From assembly GCA_047611865.1 (NCBI GenBank), contig JBLFWS010000031.1:1-26511 (forward strand): a stretch of DNA of 26,511 bases. Direction: 5' to 3'. The number at the start of each line of letters is the position of its first letter. The stretch's first letter is position 1. Of the stretch, positions 8,151-18,091 are shown piece after piece. The notes under the pieces were generated by a model. The model worked only from the letters and a program-made list of their open reading frames with translations, was not told the origin of the DNA and made no database searches. The translations under genes and the position numbers were made by a program. The DNA comes from Chlamydiales bacterium (GTDB lineage Bacteria; Chlamydiota; Chlamydiia; Chlamydiales; JBDQID01).

Positions 8151-10074
8151 ATGACGAGCGGAATCCAAAATCCTAATAACCCTACTTTTCCCCCGATAGT
8201 TGATTTTTCTATTATTCCCGATGAAAAAAAGGAGGATGTAGAAGATCTGGATGATATTCTGTCTCAAAATCTATATCCAGAATCTGTTGAATCGATTTCA
8301 TCCGATGAGATTGCTGGGCCTGTCGGGATAATGGGACGAGCAAGGGATTTCTTTGTCCTCAATGCTATTAAAGGGTATGTGCGGGCAACTAAATTAATCA
8401 GTAGTGATAAAAAATCTGAAGCAGAAGAGCTAGAAAAACTGAAATTACAATTGGGAGATAACTGGTTTCGGCTCGCAGAAAATCTGACTGAATTAATTAA
8501 ACAGTGTATTCCGCAAGAGACAGTTAGAAAGGGAGTGGCAATTCTTGACCCTGTAATCAATATTAAACTCCGGATGTTACGGTCAGGGTCGGCTATTGAG
8601 GGTCTATTGAACACATGCTCTGCATGAGTTTTTAGATGAAGATAAAAGAGTTAGAGAGATTTATGGAGGTAAGGAGTTTTCAAGCGCGGATGAGGAAGCA
8701 CGATTTATTCTAGGGAAATTCAGGGGTAACCGTCTTCATGATGCTTTGGTAAACCAACTTGGCAATACAGATGAACCCTTAAATGAACAATTTCGTAGAG
8801 TTTTTGATGAGTTTGCTGATAGCACATTTGTTCCTGTATTACTGCAAGTAATACTCGTTAGCGGAGTAGAGACAGGACTTCCAATGGGCGCAGACAAGTA
8901 TGTTAAGGACTTGTTGAGAGAACAAATCAGACTGTACACATGGATGGCTTATGAAGAGCGTTCTTACTTGATCTTATCTATGCTTGGTGAAGATGTACTT
9001 GATTTGAAGCCAGAGGGATTTAAGGTGGGCAAGAAGGAGGGAACCCTACAACAGGGAAGAGAACTACTTGACCTACTTTTAAAAGAGTCCTCAAGCAAGA
9101 AAATGAAGCGTTTGCTTGAAAGTCGAAACTTGCAGATTGTTGATGACTCAGAATTAATTGAAAAAAGGAAAGAAGGTACTCGTAGATTAAAAGCGGTCGT
9201 GACAGAGCTGATATCGAAAGGGGTGAGAGGTCGTATTGGAAGCTTTTTTCAGCCTGTTACGAATGCAGCACGTGTTAGCAGTGAGGCGGTTCAGGGAATA
9301 AGTTCTTATCTTCCCAATTTTTTAAATGAGATATTCTCGACTACAGTAGATTATGGGGGTAGATCTCTTTTATGGCTTTCATCTTGGATTGGGTCTACGT
9401 CCCTTGTTAGTAAAGTAAATGATAAGTTATCGATCGATAAAATGTCTGCAGATGTCGCAGCACGTATGGTCAAAAAGCTGGAAAGTCCAAATCTTTTTAA
9501 CCTTTACCTACACCTTTTAGAAGGGGTTACTTCACAGCTTACTCAGTCTTCCCGAAGGAGAGAACGCAATGAGATTGTCGTGCCTGGACAGACAAATACT
9601 CCCTCTTTCCACAACAGTCGAGGCGTTGTAGGGAAATTAGCCGGGTATTTTTTTGACGAGACGATGCCTGCTTGGCTTGCTCGCACGGTTCGGGCTTTAG
9701 AAAGTGTACCGCGCTTTTTTCAGAGCAAAAGTTTTACCCTTGAAGCTAGCCTTGGAGACAGTGTAGTAGGGTGGCTCGAGGATAATATGAACAAACCACT
9801 CAGGCGATTGGTAAGTGATGATATTCTTCCAGGTGTAAATGAAAATATTATGATGCTTACTATAGAGTTTAGAATTCTCAATGCCTTTAAAGAAATAGGC
9901 TTTGAGCATCCCAGTTTGATGCATATCCTGGAAGTCATTGTTGAAGATCATATTTTACAGGAATGCAAAGGAAAACCACGACCGTACATGCGAGTTTACT
10001 GTAAGCATCTTTTAACTTTTAGCCTGCCAGTTATGATACGTCATATTTTGGATCATGAGGCAGGAGATCGATGA
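8151..10074 (+). pseudogene. Frameshifted paralog of the 5055-7988 protein (~640 aa if restored)
   Basis: The frame of ORF 8746-10074 is open from 8611 (THALHEFLDEDKRVRE...FSSADEE). Both halves align by eye to the upstream protein. Deleting one A at 8610/8611 fuses them. This could be a sequencing error. Confidence 0.8.
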
Positions 10075-10108
10075 AAGTTATTGGGCTTAGAGACTACTTG
10101 GATAAAAG

Positions 10109-12301
10109 CTAAGAAGGTCTTAGGAGATCTTGTAGTCCAAGCCTGCCAAGCTCATCTTGGTAGCGTCTCTTTTGGCTGGAGTTTGCTGGCATTTCTGAAA
10201 TTAAGTCTAGTGGAGATTTTCCTTCTAAATTTTTTGACTTCAAAATTTTCTCTGCTTGTCCGTCTGTTGCACCTGTAATACTTGTGAGTATATCTCTTAA
10301 AACGGGAGTGGGTACTTTTTCTTGTAGTGCAAGGTGTACAATGTTATTGCCTTCCTGATCTTTTTGCTGAAAGTCTGTCATTTTATTTAAAACGGTTTCT
10401 ACAAATTCTCTTAGGCCTCGAATCCGCCTTTTGCTCTTATCCCTTTGATTTTTTAAAGCAAACATTATTGGATTTTCACCATTTGTATTTTGAACTTGAG
10501 GGTTGGCTAATGGAGGTTTTAAGAGAGATGCAGTAATTCTTTTTTTGCTACCAGTGTCTACAAACCATAAATCATGGAGAGCGGTACTTCCATTTTGATC
10601 TATTGCGTTCGGATTTAATTCAGGATGATTGAGTAATAAAGTCATAGCTCCAGAATTTTCTTGTGTAACTGCTGTATGCAATGGGGATTTTCCTCTGGCA
10701 TCGCTTCTATTGACATCAGCCCCATGATCGAGCAGCTTTCCTACCGCTTGCATATTACCTTTTTTTCCCATTTTCAAAGCTTGATGCAAGGGGGTTAAGC
10801 CCTCATCGTCTGTCATGTTGATGTTTGCTCCGTGATCTATTAATGCTTCGAGAGCTTCATTTTTGCGAAACTTGGCAGCAATGTGCAGTGGAGTTTTCCC
10901 AAGAACACCAGGACTGTTTATTTGAACCCCTTCAGATGAGAGAAGTTCTTCAAGTTTTGACAAACTTCCCAACCTGGAGGCTTTATGTAGAGGGCTCTCT
11001 ATCGCTCTTTCATGAGTTCGCACTGTAGTTCGCGGGATTCGAGGAGGCAGGGTAGTTTCAGGAGGTGGTGGCAAGTCTTCTGTGTCAGAAGCTAAGACTA
11101 AATTCAGACCAAGCTGCTTGTTAATCTCTTGTAAATACAAGGCTTTTTGTCCACCTCCAGGTGACTTGCTTGCTAATAGACTAAGGGGCGTTTGCCCTTT
11201 TTTGTTTGCTGAATGTAAAATTCCATCGATTTCTTCTGGATTTGCTGCCATTTTAGACAATATTTCTCTAAGTACTGGATTGGGGGCTTTTTCTCGAATG
11301 GCTAGTAGCAAAAGATTATTGCCCTCATTGTCTTTTTGTTGAAGGTCTGACATTTTATCCAAAGCGGTTTTCACAAAACCATTTAACCCCCGACCTCGTC
11401 GCCGGTCCGCACCTCTTTGATTTTTTAGAGCAAACATTACAGCATTTTCACCATTTTTATTTTGGATTTGTGGATTTGCTGATGAATGACTTAAAAGAGA
11501 GGCTGCTGTGAGGTGTTTGTTCCCGGTATCTACAAGCCATAAATCGTGAAGGGCTGTATTTCCGTTCTGATCTTGGGTATTGGGATTTAATTCTGAATGA
11601 CTTAGTAGTAAATTTATAGCTTCAGAATTTTTTTGAGTAATTGCTGTGTGTAATGGGGATTTTCCTCTGGAATCGCTGATATTGATATCAGCTCTATGAT
11701 CGAGGAGTTTTTCTATGGCGTGCATATTGCCTTTTTTACCCATTTTTAAAGCTTGATGTAAGGGTGTTAAGCCTTCATCGTCTGTTATGTTGATATTTGC
11801 TCCGTGAGCGATTAAAGCTTCAAGAGATCTCTTCTGTCGAAATTTTGCAGCAAGGTGCAAGGGGGTTTTTCCAAGAACTCCTGGACTGTCTATTTGAGCC
11901 CCTTCAGAAGTGAGGAGAGCTTCAAGTTTTGTCAAGCTTCCTAACCTTGAAGCATGATGAAGTGGGCTATCCGTAGAAGGGGAGGAAGCTTCAGCATCGA
12001 GGGAGGGATGGCTGAATTGTTCATCAATGATTTGCAAGCATTGCTCAAATACTGTCTGAAATTTAGTAAAGGTTTCGCTATTGGCAGTTAGAATACTGGC
12101 AACGCACTGTAAGTTATTCTGATTAGAGCTGAGGTCACTCAAAGTATTCCCTTTAGAGATTATAGCTTGTGCCAGTTTTACAGTGATTTGTTCTCTTTCA
12201 AGAAGATAAGAAGATTTTTCAGAAATGTTAGGTAGTTGTTTGAATCCTTCAATAAACCGATTGAAATTCTGAGGAACCTCTCTTGGAATTATCCTACCCA
12301 A
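10109..12301 (-). CDS. Ankyrin-repeat protein with two duplicated ankyrin modules
   Basis: Repeated GKTPLHxAA, GLTPLHQA, GKSPLHTA and GNTALH motifs; two modules offset by 972 nt; TTG start preceded by GAAGGA. Confidence 0.95.
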   Translation of the reverse strand: MGRIIPREVPQNFNRFIEGFKQLPNISEKSSYLLEREQITVKLAQAIISKGNTLSDLSSNQNNLQCVASILTANSETFTKFQTVFEQCLQIIDEQFSHPSLDAEASSPSTDSPLHHASRLGSLTKLEALLTSEGAQIDSPGVLGKTPLHLAAKFRQKRSLEALIAHGANINITDDEGLTPLHQALKMGKKGNMHAIEKLLDHRADINISDSRGKSPLHTAITQKNSEAINLLLSHSELNPNTQDQNGNTALHDLWLVDTGNKHLTAASLLSHSSANPQIQNKNGENAVMFALKNQRGADRRRGRGLNGFVKTALDKMSDLQQKDNEGNNLLLLAIREKAPNPVLREILSKMAANPEEIDGILHSANKKGQTPLSLLASKSPGGGQKALYLQEINKQLGLNLVLASDTEDLPPPPETTLPPRIPRTTVRTHERAIESPLHKASRLGSLSKLEELLSSEGVQINSPGVLGKTPLHIAAKFRKNEALEALIDHGANINMTDDEGLTPLHQALKMGKKGNMQAVGKLLDHGADVNRSDARGKSPLHTAVTQENSGAMTLLLNHPELNPNAIDQNGSTALHDLWFVDTGSKKRITASLLKPPLANPQVQNTNGENPIMFALKNQRDKSKRRIRGLREFVETVLNKMTDFQQKDQEGNNIVHLALQEKVPTPVLRDILTSITGATDGQAEKILKSKNLEGKSPLDLISEMPANSSQKRRYQDELGRLGLQDLLRPS

Positions 12302-12375
12302 AATCTTTATCCTTCTGAAATTACGAATCTAAGAAGGATTATCGGAATTTTTAGAGCTCTACTTAAGTCCTTTCG

Positions 12376-13161
12376 TCAAAATAACTCTACTTGATTGGGG
12401 AACTTTGTAAGGTACAGACAGTTTTCCAAAGAGCTACGATTTTCATTTAAAGATGGCTGTTGATTCTCAAGAGAGAGTTCAATTATTGTGCAGCTTTTTG
12501 GGGGGAGAGGTGAGCTGGATTTTTCTACCTTGCTGTCTAATACGGCTATTTCTAGTTCTAAAGGCTTGTCTTTTTTTTCAACTATCTTAGTTTCTATGGT
12601 TTTGACTTTATAGATAAGCAGGCGGATAGAAAAAATACTTTCTTGAATTTCATTTAAAAGATGCTTTTGATTTTTTTCTTCTTCCCATTTGTTTTGAAAG
12701 AAAGATTTACCTTCCGAAAAGATAATAGTTGAAATAAGGCTGACATATCCAATTATGAAGAGGCTTGAATTTGATGAACCATTACTTTCGATAATTCCCT
12801 CTATGGTGGGTGCTGTGATTCCTGCTAGAAAAGAGGCTCCTTGAAAAGACGACAGGGCATAAAATTGAAATTTACTTTTGGCGATTCCGCAGATTTTTTT
12901 ATCTTCTATACCAGCGCGAGTTTCATCCTGTAACTTATTAAGAGATGAAAAGAAGTGAACTAGTTTTTTTTGGTAAACCCCAAGGTGTGTGATAGTTCGA
13001 TTAATTTCTTGAGGCTGGAATGCTTCTCTCGTAGAGAATATGTCAATATTATCTAAGACTTCTGAAATAAGATTCCGAGAGTTTCTCCAGGCATTTAGGG
13101 GACATTCCAGGCCTTCTGGCTCTATGGTAATTTCGACGGATGGAGTTTCTGTTATACGCAT
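12376..13161 (-). CDS. Hypothetical membrane protein, inclusion-membrane (Inc)-like topology
   Basis: Two adjacent hydrophobic segments (FYALSSFQGASFLAGITAP and LFIIGYVSLISTIIF) joined by a short loop and flanked by coiled-coil-like stretches. AGGAGG lies 5 nt before the ATG at 13161. The Inc label is an inference. Confidence 0.7.
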   Translation of the reverse strand: MRITETPSVEITIEPEGLECPLNAWRNSRNLISEVLDNIDIFSTREAFQPQEINRTITHLGVYQKKLVHFFSSLNKLQDETRAGIEDKKICGIAKSKFQFYALSSFQGASFLAGITAPTIEGIIESNGSSNSSLFIIGYVSLISTIIFSEGKSFFQNKWEEEKNQKHLLNEIQESIFSIRLLIYKVKTIETKIVEKKDKPLELEIAVLDSKVEKSSSPLPPKSCTIIELSLENQQPSLNENRSSLENCLYLTKFPNQVELF

Positions 13162-13293
13162 AAACACCTCCTGATAGGGTACTAGGGTGAAATTTCAAAA
13201 ATGTTGGCACATAATTATAAATTTCTAAAATTATTGCGAGGAAAATTCCACGCACAGCTCTGTGGCTTTAGCTTGGTGTAAGTGGGTTATAAC

Positions 13294-13323
13294 TTGAAAA
13301 TTAGAGGGGAGATATGCTAAAAT
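13294..13323 (+). promoter_or_regulatory. Putative sigma70/sigma66 promoter of mtaB
   Basis: TTGAAA-N18-TAAAAT with an extended -10 TG, 33 nt upstream of the ATG. Confidence 0.5.
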
Positions 13324-13356
13324 TCCTCTCCAAACTCAGGGCATTTCGGAGTCGTT

Positions 13357-14658
13357 ATGGAGCAAAGCTCAAAAAAGTTTAAGGTAGTGACATTGGGTTG
13401 TAGAACAAACCAATACGAATCACAGGCCTACCATAATCAATTAAAAAATATGGGCTACTCAGAAGCCCAAGAGGGTGATGAAGCTGATCTGTGCATCGTG
13501 AATACTTGCACCGTTACGGCGTCTGCTGATAGTCATAGCCGTCACCAGATCCGACAACTTGTACGAAAAAACCCCGGTGCAGAAGTGCTCGTAACGGGAT
13601 GTATGGCTGATAGTGCAGGCAAAGAGCTCCAGAATATTGAAGGCGTATCTTCAGTCGTCCCTAACTCGAAAAAAGAAACTCTTCTGACAGACCATTACCC
13701 TGACGCTGAAGTTCCTGAATTTTCTATAAAAACGTTTCCTGATCACACGCGTGCTTTTGTTAAAGTACAGGATGGATGTAACTCCTTCTGCACATATTGT
13801 GTCATTCCCTACGTGAGAGGAAGGTCCCGCTCTCGCAGCATAGCTGAGGTTCTTAAGGAAATAGAGGGCTTGGTGGAAAATGGATATAAGGAGGTCGTTC
13901 TAACGGGTATTAACATTGGAGATTTCGATGGGGGCAAAACAAAAGAAGAAAATCCAGATAACCTCGCCGATTTAATTCGTGCCGTTGATAAAATCCCTGG
14001 CATCGAACGAATACGAGTTTCTTCCATAGACCCTGATGAGGTAGATGATAACCTACTTGACGCTATCATAAACTGTGAGAAAACTTGTCCCTCTATGCAC
14101 CTGGTTCTTCAGTCCGGGTCTAATGTGGTTCTTAAAAGAATGAACCGGAAATACACCAGGCAAATATTTTATGAGACAGTAGAGCGCTTAACTAGAGCTT
14201 GCCCAGACTTTACAGTAACAACGGATGTAATCGTGGGCTTTCCAGGTGAAACTGATATGGACTTTGCTGACACCCTGGAAGTTCTTAAGCAAGTGAAATT
14301 TGCAAAAGTGCATATGTTCCCTTATAGCGAAAGACCCAGAACACGTGCTGCTACTTACCCCAACAAAGTCTCTCCGGGACTTACAAAGGCGAGAAAGCAA
14401 GAGGTCCTGCACCTGTCTGAGCAAATGACTTTTGAATTAGGAGAACGCTTCATCGGTCGTACAATGACGATTTTAACAGAAAAAACTGATGCAGCTCACC
14501 CGAACTTCATTGCGGGTCATACAGACAACTTTTTGATGGTTTGGATACCCGACGAGGGATTTAAAACTAATGAACTTATTGAAGTTGAAATAACAGAAAA
14601 TTCCCCCCATGGCCTTATTGGCAAAGCTCTAAAACAACCTCAACTACAGGCATCTTGA
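13357..14658 (+). CDS. mtaB: tRNA t6A37 methylthiotransferase MtaB (radical SAM, MiaB-like)
   Basis: TLGCRTNQYES, NTCTVT and VTGC (UPF0004 domain); CxxxCxxC (CNSFCTYC); HMFPYSERPRT; C-terminal TRAM-like region. Confidence 0.92.
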   Translation: MEQSSKKFKVVTLGCRTNQYESQAYHNQLKNMGYSEAQEGDEADLCIVNTCTVTASADSHSRHQIRQLVRKNPGAEVLVTGCMADSAGKELQNIEGVSSVVPNSKKETLLTDHYPDAEVPEFSIKTFPDHTRAFVKVQDGCNSFCTYCVIPYVRGRSRSRSIAEVLKEIEGLVENGYKEVVLTGINIGDFDGGKTKEENPDNLADLIRAVDKIPGIERIRVSSIDPDEVDDNLLDAIINCEKTCPSMHLVLQSGSNVVLKRMNRKYTRQIFYETVERLTRACPDFTVTTDVIVGFPGETDMDFADTLEVLKQVKFAKVHMFPYSERPRTRAATYPNKVSPGLTKARKQEVLHLSEQMTFELGERFIGRTMTILTEKTDAAHPNFIAGHTDNFLMVWIPDEGFKTNELIEVEITENSPHGLIGKALKQPQLQAS

Positions 14659-14662
14659 TTCT

Positions 14663-15811
14663 ATGCAGATATCTATCGCAGGTCGCCTTCGGCCTTATTC
14701 GCACACTCCGGGCACTCACTGTGTTCTACCTGGCTCACTTATAAGTTTGCAGGTCTTTCCAGCCCTTATCCGTTTTGAGGAACTTAGCTCGTCACCTTCT
14801 TTACCAAAGAGTGAAATCAGCATAGGCATTAATGGGCCCATGAAAGAATTCACTGTGAGGCAAGACTTGGAACAGGGCTTTGTTCTTGTATGGGGAAAAA
14901 CCCCAGATGGTTTCATTCGCTATCGGATAACTGCAGAGAAAGGGGGGATGGCTATAAATTTCGAAAAAACCCCAAAAGATGGCTTGTCTGTAACTTGTTC
15001 GAATTCTGAGCTAGCAAAACTTTTCCGTAAGGACGAGGAAAAGCTGAGTACTTTGAGCAAAGCTGTAGCGGAAAAGGACACCCTTCTTATCACCACGAAT
15101 ACTGACGTTTCGAATAGAGAAGTGTTGACGGGCTGTTGCAAAGAGCGACTCTCCTTAGGAAGTCATAAAGCTCAGGATTGGGATATGATTGTGCGAAGGC
15201 AGGACCTTAGAGAAATTTTCCCCGCTTGGCTACGTCTTGGGCAAATGTCTCCCTCCCTCGGAAATGGAACTTCTTTACAGGGAGCAGCGGCACTTTTCAA
15301 AACATGTGCGGATGTTTCTGAAGAAAGAAAAACAGAAATCCTCCATGATGCTTTTTTGAATCTCTTTAAGGTAGGGTTTGAAGGAATGTTTTCTCCTAGA
15401 CTTGAGGATAAATTCCATCAGGGCTTTTCTTTGCCGGAAATAGAGGGGGTTTCCGAACCATTCTTTCTTCTTCAAGAAGGGGCAAAAGCTATAAAGAGCC
15501 TTTTTGTGAAAACAGAAGGAGCGATAATCGATGTGCTCCCTGCTTTGCCTCCACAGTTTTTCTGTGGACGTTATTTGAATATTGATTGTGATGGGCTAGC
15601 TACTCTAGACCTTGAATGGTCGAAAAAAAGGGTTCGGAAAATGTCTTTTACTGCAGAGAAAGACGGAGAGATCCAATTCAAATTTCATAGGCATCTAAAA
15701 ACCTTTCGCTTGCGTAAAGGGAGAAAAGACAGAGGGCGCGTGATGAAATGTGGAGACCTTATGACTTGTGTTGCCGGGAAGCAATACATGCTAGATAATT
15801 TTGAAAAATAG
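14663..15811 (+). CDS. Conserved hypothetical protein; C-terminus resembles the LPALP beta-domain of GH95-like proteins
   Basis: 382-aa ORF tightly packed between mtaB and ligA; IDVLPALPPQF..GR...LDLEWSK motif. Confidence 0.8.
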   Translation: MQISIAGRLRPYSHTPGTHCVLPGSLISLQVFPALIRFEELSSSPSLPKSEISIGINGPMKEFTVRQDLEQGFVLVWGKTPDGFIRYRITAEKGGMAINFEKTPKDGLSVTCSNSELAKLFRKDEEKLSTLSKAVAEKDTLLITTNTDVSNREVLTGCCKERLSLGSHKAQDWDMIVRRQDLREIFPAWLRLGQMSPSLGNGTSLQGAAALFKTCADVSEERKTEILHDAFLNLFKVGFEGMFSPRLEDKFHQGFSLPEIEGVSEPFFLLQEGAKAIKSLFVKTEGAIIDVLPALPPQFFCGRYLNIDCDGLATLDLEWSKKRVRKMSFTAEKDGEIQFKFHRHLKTFRLRKGRKDRGRVMKCGDLMTCVAGKQYMLDNFEK

Positions 15812-15839
15812 ACGGGATTAAATTGAGGGTGTGAGGCGA

Positions 15840-17831
15840 ATGACAGATCAGGACGAGTACCTAAAACTGAGCAAAGAAATCTGGCGGCATAGCAGGCTTT
15901 ACTATGTGGACCACAGCCCGGAAATTTCAGATCAGGAATTTGATGACTTGTATCGTCGTCTGGAAGATATGGAAAAAGTACATCCCGAATGGGTCTCCAT
16001 AAACTCCCCTACGCAGCGGGTAGGCGAAGCCCTTACCGATGGCTTCCAAGCAGTTACTCATTCTACACCGATGCTGTCTTTGGGGAATACCTATTCTTCA
16101 GATGAAATTCAGGATTTCATAGACCGTTGTAGTAAAAACCTGGGGCGTAGTAGCGAGTTCTCTGTTGAGTTAAAAATGGATGGCATAGCCGTTTCTATCC
16201 GTTATGAAAACGGACTCTTTTGTCGAGCAGTAACCCGTGGTGATGGCAAGCAGGGAGATGACATTACAGCCAATATTCGTACGATAAAGTCTCTCCCGCT
16301 ACAATTGTTTGGCGACGATGTGCCCGAGGTCTTAGAAGTTCGTGGTGAAGTGTTTATGCCCCATAAAACCTTTACGACACTAAATGAACAAAGGGAAGAG
16401 CAAGGTGATGCGTCATGGGCAAACCCACGAAACGCCGCAGCAGGATCTTTGAAGTTATTGCATCCTCAAGAAGTAGCTGGCAGGGGGCTTGAGTTAGCTC
16501 TTTATTCAGTGGCTGTAGACTCTTCCGCTTCCATTAAGACACAAAGCGAAATCCATCAGCGACTAAAGAACTGGGGACTTCCCAATCTTCTTCATACAGC
16601 TCATTGTACTTCAATGAATGAAATAATGGATTTTGCTGAAAAAGTTCTTCAATTGAGAGCTTCATTACCTTTTGACATTGATGGCATCGTGATAAAACTC
16701 GATAGTCTACGTGAACAAAATGTTCTTGGACTTACGGGAAAAAAACCTAGGTGGGCTGTGGCCTATAAATTTGCAGCGGAAAAAGCTCTTACCCGTATCC
16801 GTGATATCACAGTTCAAGTTGGGCGTACGGGGACTCTTACGCCAGTAGCTGAGTTGGAAGCTGTATCTCTGGCTGGTAGTACCATTGCTCGGGCGACACT
16901 ACACAATGAAGAGGAAATCCAAAGAAAGGATATTCGCATTGGGGATACGGTTTGGATAGAAAAAGGGGGAGATGTGATTCCTAAGGTTCTAGAGGTAGAT
17001 CTCTCTCAAAGACCATCGGACTCAATAGCCTGGAAGATGCCGGAATTCTGTCCTGCATGTGAAACTCCTGTTCTACGTCTAGAAGGGGAGGTGGCTGTGC
17101 GCTGCCCCAATACAGAACATTGTCCTGACCAGCAGCTTCGTCGTATCGTGTATTTCTCCGGAAAGCAGGCAATGGATATTGATCATATGGGAGAAAAGGT
17201 TGTCGAGCAGCTCTTCCAGAAGGGCCTAATAAAAAAGGCCTCCGACATCTTTCTCGTAAGTGCTGAACAACTTTATCAGCTCGAAGGTTTTAAAGAAAAA
17301 TCAGTAGAAAATTTGTTACAAAGTATTGAAAATGCAAAGGATGTCTCACTGATCCGTTTCATCATGGCGTTGGGAATTAAATTCGTGGGAACAGGAACAG
17401 CAGAGCTCCTCGCTTATAAGGCGGGTAGCATCGATGCTCTTATGAAGGTGACGGAAGAACAACTCCTTGAAATCGATGGGATAGGGGATAAAGTTGCAAG
17501 CTCTGTAGTGGAGTTTTTCTCCAATGAAAAATATCTTTCAGAAGTCCATGCTCTTTTGAGAAATGGGGTGATACCCGGCGTGGTAGAGATCAGGGGCTTC
17601 TCCGATCATGATTTTAGCGGAAAAACTTTTGTCTTAACAGGGACACTGACTAGCTACACTCGCAGTGCAGCTGCTTCATTGATTAAAGAGCGTGGCGGTA
17701 AAATTACGGGTTCTGTAAGTAAAAAAACTGACTTTCTCTTGGCTGGAGATTCTCCTGGTTCTAAATTTGACAAAGCGGAAAAGTTAGGGGTTAAAATTAT
17801 AGAAGAAAAGGAATTTTCAACTCTTCTATAA
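15840..17831 (+). CDS. ligA: NAD-dependent DNA ligase
   Basis: ELKMDG adenylation motif, TRGDG, NPRNAAAGSL, QVGRTG, Zn finger CPAC...C.....C, HhH repeats and C-terminal BRCT (FVLTG...VSKKTD). Alternative GTG start at 15831. Confidence 0.98.
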   Translation: MTDQDEYLKLSKEIWRHSRLYYVDHSPEISDQEFDDLYRRLEDMEKVHPEWVSINSPTQRVGEALTDGFQAVTHSTPMLSLGNTYSSDEIQDFIDRCSKNLGRSSEFSVELKMDGIAVSIRYENGLFCRAVTRGDGKQGDDITANIRTIKSLPLQLFGDDVPEVLEVRGEVFMPHKTFTTLNEQREEQGDASWANPRNAAAGSLKLLHPQEVAGRGLELALYSVAVDSSASIKTQSEIHQRLKNWGLPNLLHTAHCTSMNEIMDFAEKVLQLRASLPFDIDGIVIKLDSLREQNVLGLTGKKPRWAVAYKFAAEKALTRIRDITVQVGRTGTLTPVAELEAVSLAGSTIARATLHNEEEIQRKDIRIGDTVWIEKGGDVIPKVLEVDLSQRPSDSIAWKMPEFCPACETPVLRLEGEVAVRCPNTEHCPDQQLRRIVYFSGKQAMDIDHMGEKVVEQLFQKGLIKKASDIFLVSAEQLYQLEGFKEKSVENLLQSIENAKDVSLIRFIMALGIKFVGTGTAELLAYKAGSIDALMKVTEEQLLEIDGIGDKVASSVVEFFSNEKYLSEVHALLRNGVIPGVVEIRGFSDHDFSGKTFVLTGTLTSYTRSAAASLIKERGGKITGSVSKKTDFLLAGDSPGSKFDKAEKLGVKIIEEKEFSTLL

Positions 17832-17989
17832 AGTATAGTACTTCAAATATTGACAGCCCAAGGTGATATACCTTGGGTATACTGAAACCAATTCATGAAC
17901 TTGTTTCGGTATAATATCCAAATAAAATATTGAAGCTCTGAAAAGTGTTAGAGGTAATTCAGGCTTGGTCAAATCCATCCTTTCTTTCG

Positions 17990-18018
17990 TGGACTTTAAG
18001 CTAAAAATCGAGTATACT
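17990..18018 (+). promoter_or_regulatory. Putative sigma70/sigma66 promoter of the Omp85-type gene
   Basis: TGGACT-N17-TATACT, 73 nt upstream of the ATG at 18092. Confidence 0.5.
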
Positions 18019-18091
18019 TTTGAACTAATCTCATCGTTTTTTTTAAAAAACACTATTAGCTTAACAAAATTACATGGAATAGATTTCTATT

